Of a stretch of DNA of 64,000 nt, positions 38,550 to 48,560 are shown one piece after another. The notes under the pieces were generated by a model, which saw only the letters and a list, made by a program, of their open reading frames with translations, ran no database searches and had not been told where the DNA came from. Position numbers and translations under genes: made by a program. Source of the DNA: a virus (lineage: Duplodnaviria > Caudoviricetes); IMG/VR virus record IMGVR_UViG_3300001531_000060, positions 1-64,000 of that record; one strand, given 5' to 3'. Each line of letters begins with the position of its first letter. The stretch's first letter is position 1.

Positions 38550-41423
38550 ATGACAGATAGAAGTTCCGCATCAATTAGACAACAGTTGTGTGAATCTGCA
38601 CTTGGTGATATAGATAAAATTTTTAAAACAGATAATAAAGTATGGAATGAAGATCCAATTTCGTTCAGGGACTTCATAATTTCGAAAGATCACATGAATT
38701 TTGTTCCGTTATCAGAAAGACAGGAAGCTCCGTTTGATTTCTTGTTTGGCAATGATTCAAAAAAGATATTTGATAATGGAAATACTACAGCAGTATTATG
38801 TTGGGGAAAAGGATGTGTTTCAGCAGAAACAGTTTTAGAAGATGCTTTGACTCATGAAAAGTATACTGTTGGTGATCTTTATAAGAATCAAAAAAGTATT
38901 TTTGTTAATTGCTATGATGAGAATACTAAAAGGTCTACTATAGAGGTTGCTTCAGTTCCATGGATTTCTGGTAATGGCGAAATTTATAAAGTTGAAACTG
39001 AGAGTGGCAAAACTATAAATGTTTATAAATTTCATAAGTTTTTAACTAGAAATGGTTGGAAAAGATTATCTGAATTGAGTGTAGGTGACGAGATATTAGA
39101 TGATAATATTGATATAGAAACATCTAATATTATAAGTAATGTAATTAATGAGTTTAAAGAAACGCACAAAACATATACAGAAGTTGAAGTAAAGACCTAT
39201 TTACTTGAAAGATTTTCTTGGAAAAAGAAATCAAAAGAAGAGAAACTTAGAAATAAACTAATATATTATAAAAGTTTATATGGTATAATGGGTGAAGATT
39301 GGAGAAGCAAAAAATTTGGTTCACAGAAAGAAAAGCATCCTTTGTGGGGTACATATCAATCTGAAGAATTAAAGAAAAGAAATAGTGAATCAAATAAGAT
39401 TTCTATTAGGAAATTGTATGCAAGTGAACGTGGTGAAGAAGTAAAAAGAAAAATATCTTTAAAAACAAAAGGTGAGTTAAATCCTATGTACGGTAAGCCA
39501 GCACCTTTTGGTAGTGGGAAATGTGATTATTTTAAATTCAAAAATAATAAAGGTGAAGAATTTTATATACAAGGTACATGGGAATTAAAGTTTGCAGAAT
39601 TTTTAAATGATAAGAACATTAATTGGGAAAAGAATTTTGATAGATTTAATTATATTGCAAAAGATGGAAGTGAGAGAACTTATTGTCCAGATTTTAAATT
39701 GTTTTTTGAACATAAAAGTATTTATGTAGAGATAAAAGGTTTAGAAGACGAGAATGTTAATATAAAGTTACAGGCTGTAAGAGATGCTGGAAAAGAAATT
39801 ATAATAATTCGCCAGGATACATTTAGACAATACTATAAGAATTATGAAACACCTGAATTGAAATTTGAAAAAATAAAAGCAATTACTTATTTACGTAACG
39901 ATAATTATTATGATTTAGAAGTTGCTAAGTATCACAACTATTTAGCTCATGGGTTATATAATCATAATTCAGGTAAAGATACAATAACATCTTTATTGAT
40001 GTGCTATGTTGTCTATGTACTACTTTGTTTAAGGTCTCCACAGAAGTTTCTTAATTTACCTGAAGGTGAAGCTATAGACTTGCTTAATGTGGCAGTTAAT
40101 GCACAACAAGCCTCAGGTGTTTTCTTTGAGAAGTTTAAACAAAGATTAATACGTTGGCAATGGTTAAGAGATAAATATCCGGTTAAGTTTTCCGGTTCAT
40201 TTCTTGGACAGGCAAGAATAGATGATATATTAAATACAGTTACAATAACGCAAAACGCAGCTATATTTCCAAATAATATAAGAGCTATTTCAGGACATTC
40301 AGGAGCTAATTCACAGGAAGGTAAGAATATATTATTTTTTGTATGTGATGAGATTGCAGGCTTTGATGAAACTCCAGCTACAAATAAAGGTATAACAATT
40401 TTTAACATGATGAAATCTTCTGCGATTTCTCGTTTTGGAAACAGATATAAAGGTGTAGCATTAAGCTTTTCCAGATATGAAGGTGATGCAATACTTAGAT
40501 TATATGATCAAGGACAATCTGAGTTACATTGGTTTTGTGATAAAGCCTGTACATGGGAAGTAAAACCTGCACATTGTTTTAAAGATTATCCTCAGAAGTA
40601 TTTTGAGTTTCAAGGACACAAGATTCCGTTGGAATATCAATCTGAGTTTAAAGCAGATCCGGAAAATGCTAAAACAAAATATATGTGTTTACCATCTTCT
40701 ATATCAAGTGTGTTTATTGAGAAGCCTGAAAAGATTAGAGCTTGTATAGATCCAAATAGATTACCATTAGTTGATACACAAGATTATGAAGAAGATGGTT
40801 ATGTTAAGAAATTAATTACCAATTATAATATAAGTAGAACAGATATAGATTATACAATAACAATCGATTTAGGATTAAGGAGTGACTCTGCAGCGTTATC
40901 AATATTTCATACAGAGTCCACAGCTACTGGATTAAAAGCAATACAAGATTTAATGATATCTTGGGTGCCTAATCCAGAAAAGAAGTTAGAAGTTTCAATG
41001 CATAATGTGAAACAGTTTTTGGTTGATATAAGTAAGCATATAAATATAAATAGAGTTTATTTTGACCAATGGAACAGTGCTTTACTTATTGAACAGTTAA
41101 ATGAGTTGCATATACCTTCTGAAGAATATAGGCTCAATTTTGCAGATTATAAACATGCAAAAGAAATGATGTATGAAGGTAGAGTATCTTTGCAGCCTAG
41201 TGAGAGACTTCAGGAAGAGTTTAGAAGACTGATATTAACTAGATCAAAACGTGTAGATCACCCAGCAGATTTCCATAATGATAACTGTGATACAGTTGTA
41301 GGTGCAATAAAGATTTTACTTACAAAGAAAGCATTGAATAGCAATATAAATATGGAAGGTGGAATTTATATACAGAATAACTTAAGTTCAATAGGTGGAA
41401 CAATTATTGGACAACAGGAGTAA
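38550..41423 (+). CDS. terL: terminase large subunit (intein-containing)
   Basis: Spliced P-loop CWGKG|SGKD, Walker B FVCDE, nuclease TIDLG..SD, YFDQW, DHP..HND.CD. Confidence 0.9.
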   Translation: MTDRSSASIRQQLCESALGDIDKIFKTDNKVWNEDPISFRDFIISKDHMNFVPLSERQEAPFDFLFGNDSKKIFDNGNTTAVLCWGKGCVSAETVLEDALTHEKYTVGDLYKNQKSIFVNCYDENTKRSTIEVASVPWISGNGEIYKVETESGKTINVYKFHKFLTRNGWKRLSELSVGDEILDDNIDIETSNIISNVINEFKETHKTYTEVEVKTYLLERFSWKKKSKEEKLRNKLIYYKSLYGIMGEDWRSKKFGSQKEKHPLWGTYQSEELKKRNSESNKISIRKLYASERGEEVKRKISLKTKGELNPMYGKPAPFGSGKCDYFKFKNNKGEEFYIQGTWELKFAEFLNDKNINWEKNFDRFNYIAKDGSERTYCPDFKLFFEHKSIYVEIKGLEDENVNIKLQAVRDAGKEIIIIRQDTFRQYYKNYETPELKFEKIKAITYLRNDNYYDLEVAKYHNYLAHGLYNHNSGKDTITSLLMCYVVYVLLCLRSPQKFLNLPEGEAIDLLNVAVNAQQASGVFFEKFKQRLIRWQWLRDKYPVKFSGSFLGQARIDDILNTVTITQNAAIFPNNIRAISGHSGANSQEGKNILFFVCDEIAGFDETPATNKGITIFNMMKSSAISRFGNRYKGVALSFSRYEGDAILRLYDQGQSELHWFCDKACTWEVKPAHCFKDYPQKYFEFQGHKIPLEYQSEFKADPENAKTKYMCLPSSISSVFIEKPEKIRACIDPNRLPLVDTQDYEEDGYVKKLITNYNISRTDIDYTITIDLGLRSDSAALSIFHTESTATGLKAIQDLMISWVPNPEKKLEVSMHNVKQFLVDISKHININRVYFDQWNSALLIEQLNELHIPSEEYRLNFADYKHAKEMMYEGRVSLQPSERLQEEFRRLILTRSKRVDHPADFHNDNCDTVVGAIKILLTKKALNSNINMEGGIYIQNNLSSIGGTIIGQQE
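38814..39968 (+). mobile_element. intein (385 aa) in the TerL Walker A
   Basis: Starts CVSAET, block B HKFLT, ends YDLEV..HNYLAHGLYNHN followed by Ser. Confidence 0.9.
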
Positions 41424-41425
41424 AA

Positions 41426-41674
41426 ATGTCTAGATGGTTAATTGCAAATGATATGAAAGGTGTAGATCAAGATCCAAATACATTTCAAAACGAAGTTAAA
41501 GTAGTTGAGCAAAAACAAAATAGTTTGTCTGAACATCCGAATGAAGGTAAAGATGTTGAAGTTAAAATAAGTTTTGATGCGAAAGAAAATAATCCGGAGG
41601 GCAAAGATATCAGTAATGTTCCTATAGGAATATCCCCAAACGGACAGCAACAAACAAAAGATGCTATTGCGTAG
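41426..41674 (+). CDS. MSRWL-tag small protein
   Basis: Begins MSRWLIAND; AGGAG RBS. Confidence 0.7.
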   Translation: MSRWLIANDMKGVDQDPNTFQNEVKVVEQKQNSLSEHPNEGKDVEVKISFDAKENNPEGKDISNVPIGISPNGQQQTKDAIA

Positions 41675-41695
41675 CCTTGACATTTTTATCATAAT
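41675..41695 (+). promoter_or_regulatory. repeated phage motif (candidate late promoter)
   Basis: CCTTGACATTTTTATCATAAT. Confidence 0.75.
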
Positions 41696-41730
41696 ATCTA
41701 GATTTTTAAATATTTATTAGGAGTTTTCAT

Positions 41731-43266
41731 ATGGGTTTATTTGATAATTTTAAAAAGATATTAGCTATAGATGAATCTGATTTTGTATCTGAAGATGAAT
41801 TAGGATCTAATGAACAGTCAGATTTTGATGACGAAGAAGATAATATAGAGTTATTTGAAAAAAATGTAATAAGTAAGATTTCAAATATGAAACAGTTATT
41901 ATCTGCTGGAAAAGTTGATTTAGATGCTTTGAATTCTGAGTTGAAAGAGATTGAGAATTATATTGATTCTGCAGATTATATAAGTTCAAATCTAAAATTA
42001 GATTTTAAAGATCAAATAAATATAACAATTAATAGTTTAAATAAAGAAACAGAACTTCAGTTACCAGATTATATTTTAGATATTGGTCGCAAATATTATT
42101 GTTTGTCAGACTATATTGAAAATAATTTAGCTAATTTAGAAACTTCAAAATATAATTTAGAAAGTTTACAGAGTGCATTAAAAAGTCTTACAAATGAAAT
42201 GCAAAGAATTTTATATTCATATTCTTTCCAATCAGATATTGAACTTTCTAAAAATGCAATAAACGAATTTGAAAGTATATTCGATAATATAATAGCAAGT
42301 ATGCTAGATAAAGATTCTGCTATTGGGATTAATAACAAATTAAATGAGATTACAAATCAGGATGTAGAAGAATTTTTAAAAGTTCGTTTTAGTAATTTGC
42401 TTTCAAATATCGGTTCAGATAGTTGGTCATTTAAATTAAAAACTTTATCTAAGCATTTAACCAAACTTGAAATGCTTTGTTCTTCTGTTATAGAACTTTT
42501 AGATAAAGAAGATATGAAAGCACCTTTAAGAAATAAATTATATGATATCTTATGTTCTGAACAATATATAATTACTAATATTTGGCGTAATAGAAATGAC
42601 AGAGATTCACTATTTAGAACATTAGCTTATAATTTTGAAGGTGCATTTGTAGCGTCTGATTACACACAGAATTCTGAAGTAAGACAACTTTTAAAAGAGT
42701 TAACTACTAAATTAACTGATATAACGAAATCGGCTAATATTAGAGATATAAACTATAATAAGATTATTAGCGAAATAAATTTAGCTGGTATTAAAACCGC
42801 TATAAAAGAATTAAATTATTATTTTGTTAATAATGCTGAGAAGTTTAAAACATTAGTAAATAAATTAAACAATATAGGAAATGTTAACGGTAAGTTTGTT
42901 GCATCAAAACGTGAATACAATGAGATTAATCAGATCTGGAATTCAATTTTCAATAAATTATATAAAGTTGTAGAACCTATCTATAGTTTGAAAAATAAAG
43001 TGAAAGACAATGTATCTGATATAAATATAACATTAGGTTCAGGACAATCTTTAACAGCGCCCGAATTAGTAGATTTTTTATGTGAATTTAGAGATTTTGT
43101 ATTTAAAGAATCAATGAGTCCAGATTTAAGTGTTAATATAGAATCTCAAACAGATGCTGTACAACCGATGGAAGTAAGTGAAAAAGTTTTGAATAATTTT
43201 AAATTAACTTATTCACAGTTAGTTAATTTTGAGAGAAAAATAAAAACGTATAATAATATTAATTAG
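41731..43266 (+). CDS. large helical hypothetical protein (possible virion protein)
   Basis: 511 aa, starts MGLFDNFKKIL, in head module. Confidence 0.6.
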   Translation: MGLFDNFKKILAIDESDFVSEDELGSNEQSDFDDEEDNIELFEKNVISKISNMKQLLSAGKVDLDALNSELKEIENYIDSADYISSNLKLDFKDQINITINSLNKETELQLPDYILDIGRKYYCLSDYIENNLANLETSKYNLESLQSALKSLTNEMQRILYSYSFQSDIELSKNAINEFESIFDNIIASMLDKDSAIGINNKLNEITNQDVEEFLKVRFSNLLSNIGSDSWSFKLKTLSKHLTKLEMLCSSVIELLDKEDMKAPLRNKLYDILCSEQYIITNIWRNRNDRDSLFRTLAYNFEGAFVASDYTQNSEVRQLLKELTTKLTDITKSANIRDINYNKIISEINLAGIKTAIKELNYYFVNNAEKFKTLVNKLNNIGNVNGKFVASKREYNEINQIWNSIFNKLYKVVEPIYSLKNKVKDNVSDINITLGSGQSLTAPELVDFLCEFRDFVFKESMSPDLSVNIESQTDAVQPMEVSEKVLNNFKLTYSQLVNFERKIKTYNNIN

Positions 43267-43280
43267 ATAAGGAGTAGATT

Positions 43281-43628
43281 ATGGAAGATATAAAAAAGGA
43301 AGCAAGATTTAATTTATTTGCAGAGTTCGATGATGTTGGTGATGACAATACTTGGGAAGTTGTTGAAGATGAGAACGGTAATAAAGTTCTCGGAAGAATG
43401 GCATCAGCAAAAGATGTGACAAATAAAGAAGCAATTAAGGCCGGTGGAGCCTGGGCATATAAAGAAGGAGATAATGTTTATATTGATACAGGTGATACGA
43501 TGCTTCATAAAGCAACTATTTTAGACAGAAGAGCTAACTTAAAATACGGTATTGTTTGTGAAGGAAGTTCTTTAGTTCATGAAATAGAAGAAGCAGATAT
43601 TATAGATGTAGATGAAAATTTATTTTAA
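43281..43628 (+). CDS. acidic hypothetical protein
   Basis: 115 aa, AAGGAG RBS. Confidence 0.6.
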   Translation: MEDIKKEARFNLFAEFDDVGDDNTWEVVEDENGNKVLGRMASAKDVTNKEAIKAGGAWAYKEGDNVYIDTGDTMLHKATILDRRANLKYGIVCEGSSLVHEIEEADIIDVDENLF

Positions 43629-43641
43629 TAGGAGTGAGAAT

Positions 43642-44910
43642 ATGTCAGATTTAAATAAAAAAGAAGCTGGTATACAAGAAATTACACAGATGCTCTTTAA
43701 TGTGAATTTTGCAGGAACAAATTCAAAGGAAGAGTTTACAGAATTACAAAATAACATGATTAAGATGTTGAGTCAACATCAGTATTCTTACTCTGATATT
43801 GAAAATTATTTTATTGGTTGGGGCTATCAAGTTCCTATGATAAAAGAAATTTATAAACATCTTACAGGATTAGATCCGGAAAGAGTTAATTCAACAGATT
43901 ATTTATTGAATATGCCTGGATGTATTCCTGGATTTAATTATGGTTGGGGAGAAGGTAAAGGTAGTAAATATAAATATGTATTTATTATAGGATATAAACT
44001 CGGATTCGGTGTGTTTGGTCAAATCGATGATTTGTCTAGAGAACTTATACAGTATACATTGGATCTTGAAGAAGCATTAAATGTTTTAAATAAAAATGCA
44101 AAGGATATAAAGACTTGCAAATCTATTATATCTGTTCCTGAAAAAGATATTAATAAGAGTTTGGAAGTACCTTATCTTTGTACAGATGCTCCTATAACAC
44201 AGAAGGTTTTATTCAAAGGTAGAACCGCTTCTCTTGCAAAGAGTATTGATTCTTATCAAATGCAACCTCATGAAGTAAGAGCAATGTTAAGAGTTGCTTA
44301 TGATCAAAATGAAATTACAGCACAAGAACACAAAGACTTGTACGATTATTATTTAAAGAGATATGCAGAGGAAGATGAAGCTTCTGATATAACAAAAGAA
44401 CTCGAGAAAGAAGATATTAAAACAAATCAAACAGATAAAGATTTACAAAAAGAAGTAGTTAATGAAGATAAAGCTGCGTTTGATTTGGATAAAATTGCTT
44501 TTTACATAAAAGAAATCAATAAGTATTTTGAAGATAATCTGTCAGAATTATTGTCAAAAGCTTTGATAGAAGTTAAAGAAGTAAAGTATGTTAATAAAAA
44601 TGTAGATAATTCAATCGAAAAAACTCCGGAAGTTCCGGGACAAAATCCAATTCAATATTTTAATAAAGCTGCAAAACTTTCTGTAGTTTTAGGTGTTACT
44701 TGGAATGATAAAGCAAATTTAGGACAACAGTTTGTTCTAGCGATGTTCGCTATAGATGATAAAGGCAATGTTGAAACAGACGGTAACTTCAAAGGTGTTG
44801 ATGAAGAAATTTATCCTTTGAATGCATCTGGTCTTGAAAATTATTTTTCTAAACTTGAAGAGTTAGATAAATCTGGAAATGTAAAAGATGATGTAAAGGA
44901 AGAAGAATAA
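43642..44910 (+). CDS. hypothetical head-module protein (start re-called at MSDLNKK)
   Basis: AGGAG RBS before ATG 43642. Confidence 0.6.
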   Translation: MSDLNKKEAGIQEITQMLFNVNFAGTNSKEEFTELQNNMIKMLSQHQYSYSDIENYFIGWGYQVPMIKEIYKHLTGLDPERVNSTDYLLNMPGCIPGFNYGWGEGKGSKYKYVFIIGYKLGFGVFGQIDDLSRELIQYTLDLEEALNVLNKNAKDIKTCKSIISVPEKDINKSLEVPYLCTDAPITQKVLFKGRTASLAKSIDSYQMQPHEVRAMLRVAYDQNEITAQEHKDLYDYYLKRYAEEDEASDITKELEKEDIKTNQTDKDLQKEVVNEDKAAFDLDKIAFYIKEINKYFEDNLSELLSKALIEVKEVKYVNKNVDNSIEKTPEVPGQNPIQYFNKAAKLSVVLGVTWNDKANLGQQFVLAMFAIDDKGNVETDGNFKGVDEEIYPLNASGLENYFSKLEELDKSGNVKDDVKEEE

Positions 44911-45104
44911 TGTCTAGATGGTTGATTACATCAGAAATCAATAAATCAAATGAGATAGATAACAACTCTAATAAAAGTTTAGAAGATAATCAAGTTATGG
45001 AAGCGTTACCAACAGGTGAGTTAGGGAATGGTACATTTGAAGGTAATGAAAATAAATGGAAAGAAGAACAAGAAAAGAATAAGGTACAAATAAATGCAAA
45101 ATGA
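44910..45104 (+). CDS. MSRWL-tag small protein
   Basis: Begins MSRWLITSE; TAATG overlap with the upstream stop. Confidence 0.7.
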   Translation: MSRWLITSEINKSNEIDNNSNKSLEDNQVMEALPTGELGNGTFEGNENKWKEEQEKNKVQINAK

Positions 45105-45285
45105 TTTACTATATATAATAGAAGATATAGAAAAGCGTGTATATTACTTATCTCAAGAATTAAATAAAAATAATATTAATGCAAATATAGATATAAGTAA
45201 TATACAATATGCTTTAATAAATGGTATAAAGCCAAAGGTAAATGAATACACTGAAAAAATGAAAAAATTAGAAAATGAAAATTAA
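45094..45285 (+). CDS. hypothetical protein
   Basis: 63 aa, overlaps the upstream stop. Confidence 0.45.
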   Translation: MQNDLLYIIEDIEKRVYYLSQELNKNNINANIDISNIQYALINGIKPKVNEYTEKMKKLENEN

Positions 45286-45302
45286 ATTAAGGAAGATTAC
45301 AT

Positions 45303-47039
45303 ATGCCAAATATAAAAGAGATAAAAAGTAGTAAGGGTTTTAATAGAAGAGCAAATACAATAATGATGGATGGCGGAATGGGAATGATGGGTAACCCAAA
45401 CAGTTCCATTAACCGTGTTCCTATGATGTACGTTGATCCTTTAATGGATCCAGTATTGATGATATTTCCTCGTGAAAATGATACACAGTTAAACGCGAGA
45501 TTAAGACATTATTATATGTACAATCCTTTGGTACATTCTGTAATAGATTTGCATTCATCTTATGCTTTAAGTGATTTTGAGTTAAGATGTGATGACAGAG
45601 AAATTGAACAATATTATAATGATATAAAAGATAGATTAGATATTTTAACTATGATGATTAATCTCAATAGAGATTTTTGGTTATTAGGTAATGCTTATAT
45701 GTATGGTGATTGGGATGAAACAAATGCTGAGTGGATAAGATTTAACCAATTCCCTCCGGAAAATATTGAGATACACAGATCATATGCTGGTGGAAATGCT
45801 GTATATTTTCTTAAGCCAGACGAATCAACAAAGAAAGTTTTACAATCAAGTAGTGCTGCAGATCAAGCAGTTGCTTCAACTATACCAATAGAATTTAGAA
45901 ATTCAATTTTAACTGGAACGCCTTATCAATTAGCAAATGAAAGAGTTATTCATTTTGCAAATAGACCTGCTCAATATTCATTACAAGGCGAATCAATACT
46001 TAAATCTTGTTTAAAAGATTTAATGTATGAGGATAAGTTAAGATTATTACAATTTACTTTTGCAGATAGAGCAATGTATCCAATTAAACATTGGAAAGTT
46101 GGATCAGAAGCAAAAGGTTGGTTTCCAGATAAAAGACAATTTAATGAAACCAAAGCATTAATTATGGCTGGAATAAATGATCCGGATTATAATTTAATAA
46201 CACATCCATTTGTTAATCTTGAAATAAAAGACCAACATGGTAATTGGCAAGATTTGAAAGCAGAATTTGATTTTGCACAAAAGAGAATAATGATTGGATT
46301 GTTCTGTAATGACGCAATGCTTGGTGGCGAGGCCGGACCCTATGCAAAAGATATGATTAATATGAAAGTTGTTATGCATAGATATTTAATGAACAGAAAT
46401 TTACTTGAAAGACTTATAAGAGAAAAAGTATTTTTACCAATTGCAAGAGAACATGGATTGATAAAAAGAACTCAAGCTGAAGTTCAACATAAATTAAGAT
46501 TAAGTTCATCCTATAATAATTTTATATTACCTAAATTCTTTTATAAAGAAAGAGTTAATCTTCTTAGTTCACAATCAGAACAAGAAATGTTGCTTAGACT
46601 TAGAGATAAAAAAGAAATTCCATTTGAACTTGTTGCAGATATGTTTGGTTGGGATATGGATCAACTTCAAGAGAAGTTTAATAGAGAAGCTGATACAGTA
46701 TTTGATCCATTATATAAAGCAGCCAAAGATGATTTAGCTAAAGAAAAAGCAATGAGAAATAGAATTTTGAATGGTGATTTTAAAGATAATAATTATAAAG
46801 ATTTGGCAAAGACAAAAGAAAATCCACAAGGTAAAGCAGGTAGAGAAACAGGTGGTGCAGCTAATGGTGGTGGAAGACCTCCGTTATCGGAAGATGAATT
46901 AAAGACAGAAGAACCTGCAATACTTCCAAATGGTGAAGGTGATTTAAGTCCAAGAGGTAAGCAAGAAGAAACAGGTGAATTGCCTGCTCCGGAAGGCGGT
47001 GGAGATTTAGGTGATATATTAAGTGGTATCGGAGGATAG
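45303..47039 (+). CDS. portal protein
   Basis: NPLVHSVID, FWLLGNAY, PPENIEI, VIHF, GESILKS pattern; between TerL and protease. Confidence 0.82.
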   Translation: MPNIKEIKSSKGFNRRANTIMMDGGMGMMGNPNSSINRVPMMYVDPLMDPVLMIFPRENDTQLNARLRHYYMYNPLVHSVIDLHSSYALSDFELRCDDREIEQYYNDIKDRLDILTMMINLNRDFWLLGNAYMYGDWDETNAEWIRFNQFPPENIEIHRSYAGGNAVYFLKPDESTKKVLQSSSAADQAVASTIPIEFRNSILTGTPYQLANERVIHFANRPAQYSLQGESILKSCLKDLMYEDKLRLLQFTFADRAMYPIKHWKVGSEAKGWFPDKRQFNETKALIMAGINDPDYNLITHPFVNLEIKDQHGNWQDLKAEFDFAQKRIMIGLFCNDAMLGGEAGPYAKDMINMKVVMHRYLMNRNLLERLIREKVFLPIAREHGLIKRTQAEVQHKLRLSSSYNNFILPKFFYKERVNLLSSQSEQEMLLRLRDKKEIPFELVADMFGWDMDQLQEKFNREADTVFDPLYKAAKDDLAKEKAMRNRILNGDFKDNNYKDLAKTKENPQGKAGRETGGAANGGGRPPLSEDELKTEEPAILPNGEGDLSPRGKQEETGELPAPEGGGDLGDILSGIGG

Positions 47040-47041
47040 AG

Positions 47042-47263
47042 ATGAGTAGATGGTTACAGGCAGAATATACAGGTAAAGTGTTATTTGATTTAATAGATAA
47101 AAAAATTACTAGAGATGATCCTAATTTTATGGAAGCGTTGAAAGAAGCGATAGAATATAAAGGGCTTGAACAAGCTCACACACTTATTGATGATGGAATA
47201 GCTACACAAGAAGAAGTGAGTCAAGCTATTACGGAATTGAATAAAAGTAACATGGAGGAATAA
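47042..47263 (+). CDS. MSRWL-tag small protein
   Basis: Begins MSRWLQAEY. Confidence 0.7.
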   Translation: MSRWLQAEYTGKVLFDLIDKKITRDDPNFMEALKEAIEYKGLEQAHTLIDDGIATQEEVSQAITELNKSNMEE

Positions 47264-47264
47264 T

Positions 47265-47396
47265 ATGTTTAAAAGATCTGGAGTAGTTACTCCAATGAAG
47301 GTTTTGAAAAAGATTACATCTGAAGATATGCCAAGTAAGAAGATGAAGAAAGTTGCTGAAGATGAGCAACAAACAAAAACTACTAAGGAAAAATAA
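47265..47396 (+). CDS. 43-aa basic peptide (not in ORF track)
   Basis: GGAGG RBS; MFKRSGVVTPMKVLKKITSEDMPSKKMKKVAE...; fills the gap between two MSRWL genes. Confidence 0.5.
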   Translation: MFKRSGVVTPMKVLKKITSEDMPSKKMKKVAEDEQQTKTTKEK

Positions 47397-47397
47397 T

Positions 47398-47682
47398 ATG
47401 TCTAGATGGTTAGTGCAAGCTTTTTACAATGAACCAAATACTATTGAGATTGATAAACCTAACTCAAGTGATGAGAAAGCTAATAAAAAATTGCAATATA
47501 TTTTTGATATGTTAGAAAATATACAAGCATCAGATAAGTATTATACATACGAAAAAACTGAGTTAGATGATAAATATATATTAACAATTAAACGTGAACG
47601 CACACCAAAATCCGGTGAAGAAACAATGCCTATGGTGAAAGATATATTAAATAGATATAAGATCAATTATAGGGAGATATAA
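47398..47682 (+). CDS. MSRWL-tag small protein (start re-called at 47398)
   Basis: Begins MSRWLVQAF; AAGG RBS. Confidence 0.7.
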   Translation: MSRWLVQAFYNEPNTIEIDKPNSSDEKANKKLQYIFDMLENIQASDKYYTYEKTELDDKYILTIKRERTPKSGEETMPMVKDILNRYKINYREI

Positions 47683-47683
47683 A

Positions 47684-48448
47684 ATGTTTAAAAGATTGTG
47701 TATGGCAGAACCAATAGAAGTCTATGCTTCAGCAAATGATATGCTTGAAGGTTGGTATGGATTTAATAGACAAGCTTCAAAAAAGATAGTAAAAGCTTTT
47801 GAGTTTGATCCGGATAACTATTTGTATTATAGAAACAGAGCTATTACAGCGGATGAAAGAAATGCAAATGGAGATATATTTCCTCACGATGAAATAAAGA
47901 AAGCATATACTACTTTTATAGGAAAAGGTATATTTTATAATCATAATTCTGATGATCCTAATAACTCTATGGGAATTATATTGGATGCTAATTTTGTTGA
48001 ACCAGCACAAAAACATGCTTATGTAGAATTACTTTGTGCTATTGATAAACAATTAGCAGAACAAAAATATCCTGGATTGTTACATAGAGTTGAATCAGGA
48101 TTGGTTTCAGGTACTTCGATGGGTACATTTGCAGGAGCTGCACAGTGCTGTATTTGTGGAAACTATACAACTACATTAGAAGGATTATGTGAACATATGA
48201 ATCCGGATGATATGCATTATTGTAAAGGTAAACTTATAAATGCTTCTACAAATGAGTATGGTGCAGAAATTAATTACGGATTATGTTTCTGTGAAGATAG
48301 TATTGTTAATGAACCAGCAGATCCAACTGCACATATTTTCCAAGTTTATGCAAGTACAAAAGATAAATTAGATGTCAATAATCCAAATAAAGAAATAATT
48401 GCAAGTTTAATAAATACTTTACAAACAATGTTAAAGGTATTGAAGTAA
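47684..48448 (+). CDS. prohead (capsid maturation) protease with Zn-finger insertion
   Basis: IFYNHN (His), GTSMG (Ser), CCICG..CEH, EDSIVNEPADP; downstream of portal. Confidence 0.78.
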   Translation: MFKRLCMAEPIEVYASANDMLEGWYGFNRQASKKIVKAFEFDPDNYLYYRNRAITADERNANGDIFPHDEIKKAYTTFIGKGIFYNHNSDDPNNSMGIILDANFVEPAQKHAYVELLCAIDKQLAEQKYPGLLHRVESGLVSGTSMGTFAGAAQCCICGNYTTTLEGLCEHMNPDDMHYCKGKLINASTNEYGAEINYGLCFCEDSIVNEPADPTAHIFQVYASTKDKLDVNNPNKEIIASLINTLQTMLKVLK

Positions 48449-48460
48449 AATAAGAAAATA

Positions 48461-48560
48461 ATCATTATCAGGTAGCATTAACCTAGCTAGTTAATGAGAT
48501 AATAGTATACCTTGAAATACTAAGCTGATAATGATATAATATCTTTCAAGGAGATAATTA
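48461..48560 (+). promoter_or_regulatory. structured leader upstream of endonuclease gene
   Basis: ATCATTATCAG/CTGATAATGAT closing stem with two inner hairpins. Confidence 0.55.
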
